Both the position numbers and the translations under genes were made by a program. 64,000 nucleotides of DNA from Bacilli bacterium (GTDB lineage: Bacteria > Bacillota_I > Bacilli_A > RF39 > UBA660), in assembly GCA_045125935.1 (NCBI GenBank), contig JBGVNW010000068.1, forward strand, positions 55,323 to 119,322, read 5' to 3'. This document shows positions 19,025 through 26,089 of the stretch, one piece after another. Under the pieces are notes generated by a model. The model was not told the DNA's origin. It saw only the letters and a list, made by a program, of their open reading frames with translations, and did not search any database. Within the stretch, counting starts at the first letter, position 1; every line of letters begins with the position of its first letter.

Positions 19025-19294
19025 ATGGTAATAGCAATGATAGTATTCGGGCTATTGTATGGAATAGCCTTCTTTTGGAATCTTTCAACGGACGATAGCA
19101 ATAGTAAAGCATCTTCCGTGTGTCTTTCAACAGTATCAGCAATTATATTCTTTGCATTATTTTCAACATACGAAAGTAGAAATACACCCACAGCGAAATC
19201 TGTTTACGAAGGAAAAACAACACTTGAAATAACCTACAAAGATAGTATTCCTGTTGATACAGTTGTAGTTTTTAAAGACGAATTTAAAAAATAA
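19025..19294 (+). CDS. small membrane protein, paralog of 5099..5350
   Basis: See 5099..5350. Its stop codon lies inside the perfect palindrome at 19288. Confidence 0.65.
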   Translation: MVIAMIVFGLLYGIAFFWNLSTDDSNSKASSVCLSTVSAIIFFALFSTYESRNTPTAKSVYEGKTTLEITYKDSIPVDTVVVFKDEFKK

Positions 19295-19307
19295 TAATTA
19301 TTATTTT
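19288..19307. repeat. perfect 20-bp A/T palindrome bridging a stop and a start codon
   Basis: AAAATAATAATTATTATTTT. It contains the TAA of 19025..19294 and abuts the ATG at 19308. There is no promoter in between. Confidence 0.95.
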
Positions 19308-19538
19308 ATGAAAGTTTTAATCGCAGTAATATTAATAGTTCTTATTTTCTCATCGTTTATCATTTACGCTGTTTATAATGACTATAAAGATTTCAACAAA
19401 GGTGTTTGCCCTCGTTGTGGAAAGAAATTACACCTATTTGATATTGATAGTCAAGGTGGTAAACGATATTGTTGTCACAAATGTCCAAATTTCACTTGGA
19501 TTAGTTATGATTATGTAGATAAAAATTATAAAGGATAA
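19308..19538 (+). CDS. membrane-anchored zinc-ribbon protein (76 aa)
   Basis: N-terminal TM segment, then CPRCG...CCHKC. Confidence 0.6.
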   Translation: MKVLIAVILIVLIFSSFIIYAVYNDYKDFNKGVCPRCGKKLHLFDIDSQGGKRYCCHKCPNFTWISYDYVDKNYKG

Positions 19539-19544
19539 AGAACG

Positions 19545-19859
19545 ATGGATAGAATAGATAAAGTTAATAAAATTATCGTATGTGAATGTGGCGATGTCGC
19601 ACATCAATTAGTGCTTTCTTGGTTTAAACAACAAACTCCAATGGATTATGATTCAGATGAATATGTTTATTTATCTGTACATTTGAATAAACTACCTTTC
19701 TGGAAAAGACTAAAAGTTGCTATCCAATATTTGTTTGGAAAGCAATCAAAATATGGTGCTTTTGATGAGGTAATAATTGATTCTTCGGAATATAAAAAGT
19801 TTCAAGATATGGTTGATTTCATGAAAGATGTGGAGTTATATAAAATGACAAAAGAATAA
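19545..19859 (+). CDS. hypothetical protein (104 aa)
   Basis: ORF track. Confidence 0.6.
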   Translation: MDRIDKVNKIIVCECGDVAHQLVLSWFKQQTPMDYDSDEYVYLSVHLNKLPFWKRLKVAIQYLFGKQSKYGAFDEVIIDSSEYKKFQDMVDFMKDVELYKMTKE

Positions 19860-19951
19860 TGGTGAGATTTAGAGTTGTAATTCTTGACGAATCGGATAGA
19901 ATACAAGAAGTAATATATGAATCGAAAGAATATAAAGACCGATGGGAATAA
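19859..19951 (+). CDS. very small ORF (30 aa)
   Basis: My own translation: MVRFRVVILDESDRIQEVIYESKEYKDRWE*. TAATG overlap with the upstream stop. Confidence 0.3.
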   Translation: MVRFRVVILDESDRIQEVIYESKEYKDRWE

Positions 19952-20034
19952 ATCAGTAATTAAGAAAAGTATTAAAAAATATTAAAATATATACAAAAAT
20001 ATTCAATTTTTTTTATTTTTAAAGATATTTATAT

Positions 20035-20265
20035 ATGAAAGGAAACATAAATAATAAAAAGATTATTGAAAATATGGAACAGAAAAATATAAAAGTTGTT
20101 TCTATTGATGTAGACAATATGCTTTATATGTGTGATGATGGAAATGAATATCCATTAATGGATGGACTTGAAAATCTATCTGTAGAAGAACTTCAAGAGC
20201 ATATTAATAAAGCAAGATTAACTACAATAAACATATTGAAAGAAATGGAAATTGATAATGGATAG
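20035..20265 (+). CDS. hypothetical protein (76 aa)
   Basis: ORF track. Its upstream spacer lacks both the palindrome and a consensus promoter. Confidence 0.5.
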   Translation: MKGNINNKKIIENMEQKNIKVVSIDVDNMLYMCDDGNEYPLMDGLENLSVEELQEHINKARLTTINILKEMEIDNG

Positions 20266-20551
20266 ATTATTAACTATTAAAGAAACAGGAAAACTTCTTA
20301 ATGTAAGCAAACAAACACTTCAACGATGGGATAATAGTGGTAAACTAATAGCTATTAGAACAGAAGGTGGGCATAGAAGATATAAATTATCTGATATTGA
20401 AAAAATAATTAATATGAAAGATAAACAACAAGAAATATTAAATAAGGTGGAAGACTATCTTAGAGAAACATATATATCCGCAATAGGAGAAAAAGATTAT
20501 TCAATTGATGATATGATTGAACATTTTAGAAATTATTTTAATATAAAATAA
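20258..20551 (+). CDS. MerR/excisionase-type HTH protein resembling the N-terminal DNA-binding domain of IS607 TnpA, without the serine-recombinase domain
   Basis: MDRLLTIKETGKLLNVSKQTLQRWDNSGKLIAIRTEGGHRRYKLSDIEKI matches the IS607 TnpA N-terminus (..TLRRWDKEGKL..RTPGGHRRY..). No YARVSS-type catalytic block follows. It sits directly upstream of a tnpB-like gene. Confidence 0.7.
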   Translation: MDRLLTIKETGKLLNVSKQTLQRWDNSGKLIAIRTEGGHRRYKLSDIEKIINMKDKQQEILNKVEDYLRETYISAIGEKDYSIDDMIEHFRNYFNIK

Positions 20552-20560
20552 ACTTTAATT

Positions 20561-21373
20561 ATGATAATACAGAGTAAGTACACAAAAATATTTAAATCGT
20601 ATAATATGACTCGTTTAAAATATAATGAGTTATATGACTTCGCTGTGCTTATTCGTAATCATAAGAATACAGTTTCTGAATATGTTAATCAAAACCTTCT
20701 ACATTTCTTAGAATATAGCAAATTTACTTTCCTTAAAGAAATGAGAGAACACTTTAAGGGTTGTGTTCCAAGTTCATTTGATGCTCAATTATACACACAA
20801 ATATTTGATTGTTATCAAAATAAATTTGATGCAATACAGAAACGATTGAAATTTGAACATATAACATATTTTGGTTGTGAATTATATAAACGAACAACAA
20901 AGAAACATAAGAAAGGTGATTTCAAGAAAGTAATAACTGATAAGAAACAAACACCATTATCTAATTGTTTAACATATCTTGTTCGTTACGGTAATGAAAA
21001 TACTATTGAGTATATAACAAAACAGTTAGAAGCTTGTGATGATAAAAAACGAGATTTCTATAACAATATTTTACGATGTGTTGATAAATTTGGTTTTGAT
21101 AGACTACTAATTCTTGCAACACAGAAACGAAATAGAGTTATATCAAGATATTCAGAGAAACCAATAGAGTTTAAGTCGTTATCGTTTAGTGGTAGATGTA
21201 GAAAAACAAAGATTATTGGTTATAATTCGAAATTTGGTTCAGTTATAAACTCATTTATTAGTTTATCTGGATTAGGAAGAAAATCATTTGATATACCTGT
21301 TAAATTTAATAAGGATTGGCATGGTAATATTAAAAACTATTATAAAAAAATCCCGATTATGAATATACATTAA
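20561..21373 (+). CDS. tnpB: TnpB/Cas12-like nuclease, N-terminal segment (before the frameshift)
   Basis: ORF track. Contiguous with 21469..22197 if a -1 shift occurs in the A7 run at 21344-21350 (...NYYKK|NPDYEYTLTFNEKE...). Confidence 0.7.
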   Translation: MIIQSKYTKIFKSYNMTRLKYNELYDFAVLIRNHKNTVSEYVNQNLLHFLEYSKFTFLKEMREHFKGCVPSSFDAQLYTQIFDCYQNKFDAIQKRLKFEHITYFGCELYKRTTKKHKKGDFKKVITDKKQTPLSNCLTYLVRYGNENTIEYITKQLEACDDKKRDFYNNILRCVDKFGFDRLLILATQKRNRVISRYSEKPIEFKSLSFSGRCRKTKIIGYNSKFGSVINSFISLSGLGRKSFDIPVKFNKDWHGNIKNYYKKIPIMNIH

Positions 21374-21468
21374 CATTCAATGAAAAAGAACATCAGGTTA
21401 ATATACATTTATGTGCTGATGGTGAACGATATATACCACAAGCAGGTAACAACATAGTAGGTATAGAT

Positions 21469-22197
21469 GTGAATTGTAAACATAACTTATTTGCTTTATC
21501 TAATGAAACAACATATGATTATGATAGAAAGTTAGTTAATGATTTCTGTAAATTATCATTAGAAATTGATAAACTTAAAAAGAATAAATCATATATAGTT
21601 GGTAAACGTAAACAATGGAAGTTAGATACGTTGAAACGTAAAATAATTCATTCAGAACAACAGATGATTGCATCAATGTGTAAGGAACTACATAATCAAG
21701 GTGTTAATCATATTGTGATGGAAGATTTGGATAATGGTTTTGGTAAATGTTATGTTAAAGATAGTGATAATGAAGATATAAACTATAATAGAAAGATTAA
21801 ATTTCTTGGATTATCATCATTGAAACAAGAAGTAGAACATATTGCGAGGAAATATGATATAGCTGTATCGACTGTACATAGTAGTTATACTAGTAAAATG
21901 TGTCCTATATGTGGATGTATTGAGGATGAGAATCGTCCAAATCAAGAAACCTTTGAATGCATTGAATGTGAATATAAAAGTAATGCAGATTTCAATGCCG
22001 CAAATAACATAAAAAACAGAGTGAGCATAACCGTGTTATGTAATTCACTCTTAAAACAATTGGATAATGGTGCTTATGAACCAAAGAAACTTAAAAGGGA
22101 AAAGGTAAAGGAAGTGCTATTATCGTTTCGAAGAAGCCTACGAAATGTAGGTAGTGAATGTATAGAATGTAGTTTGACTACATTTGACTATGTTTAA
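21469..22197 (+). CDS. tnpB: TnpB/Cas12-like nuclease, RuvC + zinc-finger segment (frame open from 21346)
   Basis: RuvC-I is in the open frame just upstream (NIVGIDVNCKHN). RuvC-II is HIVMEDLDN. The YTS motif and zinc finger read SSYTSKMCPICGC...FECIECEY. RuvC-III is NADFNAANNIKNR. Confidence 0.8.
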   Translation: MNCKHNLFALSNETTYDYDRKLVNDFCKLSLEIDKLKKNKSYIVGKRKQWKLDTLKRKIIHSEQQMIASMCKELHNQGVNHIVMEDLDNGFGKCYVKDSDNEDINYNRKIKFLGLSSLKQEVEHIARKYDIAVSTVHSSYTSKMCPICGCIEDENRPNQETFECIECEYKSNADFNAANNIKNRVSITVLCNSLLKQLDNGAYEPKKLKREKVKEVLLSFRRSLRNVGSECIECSLTTFDYV

Positions 22198-22378
22198 TTC
22201 TTCGGATCCAGAATGGAATAATGATTACTACCTTACATTGATAGATTTGAATAAAAAATATGATCTATCAGATTGGGAAAACGCACCCTATTTAGAAACT
22301 CAAATTTTAGAAGATGTAATTAATGAAGGAATATGGCACTTTCATTCAAGCGTAATAGAAGATTGGTTTAATTTATAA
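22184..22378 (+). CDS. hypothetical protein (64 aa)
   Basis: ORF track. Overlaps the tnpB 3' end by 14 nt. Confidence 0.45.
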   Translation: MTMFNSSDPEWNNDYYLTLIDLNKKYDLSDWENAPYLETQILEDVINEGIWHFHSSVIEDWFNL

Positions 22379-22391
22379 TAATTAAAAAAAT

Positions 22392-22775
22392 ATGGAAGAT
22401 TTTGTAAATTTTAAAATATCCCAGAAACTCAAAGAAAAGGGGTTTCCACAAAGTCCTGATTATTTTAACTACAGTAGTTATTATGATTGGGATGGTTTAA
22501 GAAAAATACACTCATTATCTAACGCAAGTGTGTGGTTTGATCCCAATATAAGTAGAGATAATATTTATTTTGCTCCCACCATTTCCCAAGTCTTGAAATG
22601 GTTAAGAAAGGAGAAGAAAATACATATATGTATTGATTTTGGCGGAGATATGAATTGGTACTATCAAATAGCAATTTATGGTTCAACAGATATTGCTGCT
22701 GATGGTTATGGATATAATGATTATGAAATATCTGCATTAGCAGGAATTGAATGTGTTTTAGATAATTTTATTTGA
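22392..22775 (+). CDS. hypothetical protein, paralog of 13311..13703
   Basis: Shared blocks: FKISQKLKEKGF, APTISQVLKWLRKEK, ALAGIE. Confidence 0.65.
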   Translation: MEDFVNFKISQKLKEKGFPQSPDYFNYSSYYDWDGLRKIHSLSNASVWFDPNISRDNIYFAPTISQVLKWLRKEKKIHICIDFGGDMNWYYQIAIYGSTDIAADGYGYNDYEISALAGIECVLDNFI

Positions 22776-22814
22776 TGACATTAGAAATATTAAAATTAAA
22801 AATTAAAAATAAAT

Positions 22815-23003
22815 ATGACACAAGAAGAATGGAAAAAAGAAGATCGTAAGCATAATATAAAATTAACTTTTCAAATTATATGCTTTATCATTCTGTTATG
22901 GATTAGCATAACATCAACAATTTGTGTATTCAAAAATCCTGAAATGACCGAAACACAATTGTTCTTACATATCCCTAAATCATTTATTTTAGATTTTAAT
23001 TAA
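22815..23003 (+). CDS. small membrane protein (62 aa)
   Basis: ORF track. One TM segment. Confidence 0.5.
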   Translation: MTQEEWKKEDRKHNIKLTFQIICFIILLWISITSTICVFKNPEMTETQLFLHIPKSFILDFN

Positions 23004-23005
23004 TT

Positions 23006-23257
23006 ATGTACAGAGACGAAACAGATTATGTAAAAAACATCAGGAACACCCATTGTAAAGGTTGTATGAATGAAGGTGATGATAACTTTCATTTTTGTGA
23101 TGGTAAATCCGTGATCAATTGCTATCTGCGAAAAACATATTTACCAGAAGGCGAATGGCAACAAACATCTATGAACGACATTCGGATAGCACATTGCAGA
23201 CAGATAACAGAATCTATAAATAAAAAAATATTAGAAAAGATAACAGTAAAGAAATAA
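23006..23257 (+). CDS. Cys-rich hypothetical protein (83 aa)
   Basis: ORF track. Confidence 0.55.
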   Translation: MYRDETDYVKNIRNTHCKGCMNEGDDNFHFCDGKSVINCYLRKTYLPEGEWQQTSMNDIRIAHCRQITESINKKILEKITVKK

Positions 23258-23260
23258 ATT

Positions 23261-23452
23261 ATGATTAAAACAGTTGATGATCTAATTAATGTTCTGACAG
23301 ATTGCAAAAATCGCTATCCAGAATTTGGCAAATATATTATTTGTGTAAATGCGTCTAATCCAGATGATATTATACCAACATTAAAAGAACCAATGCTATA
23401 TATAAACACAGATATTGGTCAGGTGGAAATATACACGGAAGACGATGACTAA
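23261..23452 (+). CDS. hypothetical protein (63 aa)
   Basis: ORF track. Confidence 0.5.
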   Translation: MIKTVDDLINVLTDCKNRYPEFGKYIICVNASNPDDIIPTLKEPMLYINTDIGQVEIYTEDDD

Positions 23453-23462
23453 AAAAAAATAT

Positions 23463-23533
23463 AAAATAATAATTATTATTTTAAAGAAACTATCAAAAAT
23501 ATTTGGTAGTTTCATTTTTTAATTGTATATTTG
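23463..23533 (+). promoter_or_regulatory. family-A cassette (copy 3 of 5)
   Basis: Perfect palindrome 23463-23482. Hairpin 23486-23513 plus T6. -33 TTTG 23502-05. -7 TATATTTG 23526-33 after an N20 spacer. Confidence 0.75.
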
Positions 23534-23566
23534 TAATGTAAATTAAATTTAAAACTAAAAATAATT

Positions 23567-24490
23567 ATGGCACAATTAGCAATAAAAGGTCACTCAACAA
23601 GAGGCAAAGAAGTTATTCAACTTTTAGAAATGTTGGGTGGACATAATAGTTCAAATTTATTTGGTTATGGATCAAAAAGTGGATATTTTATTACAGATAG
23701 TGGAGATATTGGTAGCAGAGAAATTAACTACATTTTAAGTTACTTTACCCTTGAAGAATTTCTTGAAATATATCCTTATAAAGTTGGTGACAGGGTGTCT
23801 TATCGATCTGATAAACTACTCGAAACCCAAGTAATAACTCATATGCGTTGGGATTCTAATTATGATTGTGTTCTATATTATCTTGATAATTGTAATATAA
23901 TCACAGTTGATGATATTCTTTATAAAATTGGAAGTCCTGAAGATAATATTCCTACAATACAAGATAAAACTACAGTAGAAACTATGGAAGATAAAGATAT
24001 GAGTGAACATACATCAGAAATAAACCTAAACCATCCTTGTTTTGATGGACATAATAAAATAGAACTAATAATTCCAGAAAATTGGAAATTTGAACAAATA
24101 GATAATAAAATGTTTGGTATTCGTAAATATCCACAATATCCAAAGACTTATGGAGAATGTTGCGATATATTAGGTTATGACCCAAGTGAAGATGAAATAA
24201 ATTGTTATAAAGGTGGGCTTATTGAATCTTTTGTAAGACTTTTAATATGTCGTAATGCCTATTGGAAGATAGCAGGAGAGCAGATGGGGTTGGGCAAACC
24301 TTGGGAACCAGATTGGGGAGAAAACGATGGTGGGTATAGATACTGTATTCGCAATCGATCGAATAAAATTGTACTTAGTAATGAATGGCTTGGTGAAAAC
24401 TATATTTTATCTTTCCCAACCGCAGAAATGCAAGATGAGTTTTATAAGAATTTTAAGGATTTGATAAACAAAGTAAAAGAATTATTGTAA
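23567..24490 (+). CDS. 'MAQLAIKGH' paralog family (copy 3)
   Basis: MAQLAIKGHSTRGKEVIQLLEMLGG...YPQYPKTYGECCDILGY...AYWKIAGEQMGLGKPWEPDW...LSFPTAEMQD. Confidence 0.7.
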   Translation: MAQLAIKGHSTRGKEVIQLLEMLGGHNSSNLFGYGSKSGYFITDSGDIGSREINYILSYFTLEEFLEIYPYKVGDRVSYRSDKLLETQVITHMRWDSNYDCVLYYLDNCNIITVDDILYKIGSPEDNIPTIQDKTTVETMEDKDMSEHTSEINLNHPCFDGHNKIELIIPENWKFEQIDNKMFGIRKYPQYPKTYGECCDILGYDPSEDEINCYKGGLIESFVRLLICRNAYWKIAGEQMGLGKPWEPDWGENDGGYRYCIRNRSNKIVLSNEWLGENYILSFPTAEMQDEFYKNFKDLINKVKELL

Positions 24491-24528
24491 TGACAAAACA
24501 AGAATTTGATAGGAATCACCTAAAATAA

Positions 24529-24596
24529 AAAATAATTATTATTTTAATGAAACTATCAAAAATATTTGGTAGTTTCATTTTTTTATATTATATTTG
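24529..24596 (+). promoter_or_regulatory. family-A cassette (copy 4 of 5; short palindrome form)
   Basis: AAAATAATTATTATTTT at 24529-24545. Hairpin 24549-24576 plus T7. -33 TTTG 24565-68. -7 TATATTTG 24589-96. Confidence 0.75.
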
Positions 24597-24629
24597 TATT
24601 GTAAAAATAAACCAATAAAAAATTTAAAA

Positions 24630-24794
24630 ATGACATCAAGATCTACAATCAACATTATTATAACCATTCTAATATGGTTATGTATACCAATTATTATAAT
24701 TTCAGAAAATGATATGTTAGATTTATTTATCATTGGATTTCAAATAGGAATGGTATTAATGCAAATTATATTAAATCTAATAAACAAAGAATAA
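24630..24794 (+). CDS. small membrane protein (54 aa)
   Basis: Track ORF 24594..24794 starts at a TTG inside the -7 box. I prefer the ATG at 24630 (MTSRSTINIIITILIWLCIPIIII...). Confidence 0.5.
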   Translation: MTSRSTINIIITILIWLCIPIIIISENDMLDLFIIGFQIGMVLMQIILNLINKE

Positions 24795-24798
24795 TATA

Positions 24799-25164
24799 AT
24801 GAAAACATTTAAATATAATTATTGCATTTTAACAAAAGATGTAATTTATCTATCAGAAGAAAAAATTACTTGCAGACCTGCATTTGATACATATTTGGAA
24901 AATGTTAATATAGACATTTATGATAACGGTATTGCAGAAATTTGTGGTGATGAAATTCTTTTTGGTTTTAATTTTGATAAACACAAATTATCAGATATGG
25001 ATGAAATACCACAAGATGATTTTATAAAACACTATAAGGGTTTCAAACTTTTTGGGTTTTATTTAATTAAACCTTATGATTATGTTCCTGCTGGTTGGTA
25101 CAAAATCAAAGAAAGAAAACCAAAAAAGATAATTCTTAACAAATATAAAATTGAATTCATCTAA
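24799..25164 (+). CDS. hypothetical protein (121 aa)
   Basis: ORF track. Confidence 0.6.
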   Translation: MKTFKYNYCILTKDVIYLSEEKITCRPAFDTYLENVNIDIYDNGIAEICGDEILFGFNFDKHKLSDMDEIPQDDFIKHYKGFKLFGFYLIKPYDYVPAGWYKIKERKPKKIILNKYKIEFI

Positions 25165-25192
25165 TATATAAAAATTAAATAAAAAGATTGAA

Positions 25193-25615
25193 ATGACAAG
25201 AGATGAAAAAAATTTACTTTTGATGGATATTTCATCAAGACTTGCTTATGGCGTAAAAGTTGAAGTGGATTTTTATGATGAAAATGGTGACGAATATCAC
25301 ACAGGTTTAGGAACCATTTATCAAATAAACAAAGATGGATATTTTTACATTGAAGAAGACGATGATGAAAGAAACATAGAATTCTGTTTGCCATACTTAT
25401 ATCCGTTACAAAACATCCAAAATATTATAGAGAAACATCAAGAAGAATTTGATGAAATTATAGAAGCTGAACTTGATGATGTGTCTGCAGATGTGGTTAG
25501 TGTTAATGGTTTTATTAAAACGCTAAATTTATATCACAAATATAATGTGGATTACAGAGGTTTGATTGATATTGGCTTGGCAAAAGATATTACTAAACTT
25601 AATGATATAGGATAA
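25193..25615 (+). CDS. hypothetical acidic protein (140 aa)
   Basis: ORF track. Confidence 0.6.
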   Translation: MTRDEKNLLLMDISSRLAYGVKVEVDFYDENGDEYHTGLGTIYQINKDGYFYIEEDDDERNIEFCLPYLYPLQNIQNIIEKHQEEFDEIIEAELDDVSADVVSVNGFIKTLNLYHKYNVDYRGLIDIGLAKDITKLNDIG

Positions 25616-25616
25616 A

Positions 25617-25684
25617 AAAATAATTATTATTTTAAAGAAACTATCAAAAATATTTGGTAGTTTCATTTTTTTATGTTATATTTG
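25617..25684 (+). promoter_or_regulatory. family-A cassette (copy 5 of 5; short palindrome form)
   Basis: AAAATAATTATTATTTT at 25617-25633. Hairpin 25637-25664 plus T7. -33 TTTG 25653-56. -7 TATATTTG 25677-84. Confidence 0.75.
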
Positions 25685-25708
25685 TAGTAGAAATTAAAAC
25701 AAATAATT

Positions 25709-26065
25709 ATGTCAAAGATAACTAAACGCAAAGAAACATATAATACCAACAAAAAATTAAAAGTTGGAGATAAATGTACATGTCCTATTTGCAAATGTGA
25801 ATTTACTAAAACACATTATGCACAAGCATTTTGTTGCAATGATTGTAAAGTAAAATTCCATAATGACAGACAAAGAGGTAAAAGAAATGATTATTATCAC
25901 ATGTATAATATGAAACACCCTGATCGACTTAAAAGAGTTGGTATTGATTTGGAATTTGAAAAATGGAAAGCAAAATACTATAATGATAGTGATTGTTTTG
26001 GCGACATACCATCAGTAACAATAGATGAGAATGAACTATATAGACAATATTTACAAATATATTAA
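25709..26065 (+). CDS. zinc-finger-like protein (118 aa)
   Basis: CTCPICKCEF...FCCNDCKVKFH. Confidence 0.6.
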   Translation: MSKITKRKETYNTNKKLKVGDKCTCPICKCEFTKTHYAQAFCCNDCKVKFHNDRQRGKRNDYYHMYNMKHPDRLKRVGIDLEFEKWKAKYYNDSDCFGDIPSVTIDENELYRQYLQIY

Positions 26066-26089
26066 TTAACAAATAATAATTTTTATTTT

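Larger units (their letters stand above)
20258..22197 (+). mobile_element. IS607-like module remnant (HTH-only tnpA fragment + tnpB)
   Basis: The gene order HTH then TnpB is typical of IS607. The ends of the element were not identified. Confidence 0.4.
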
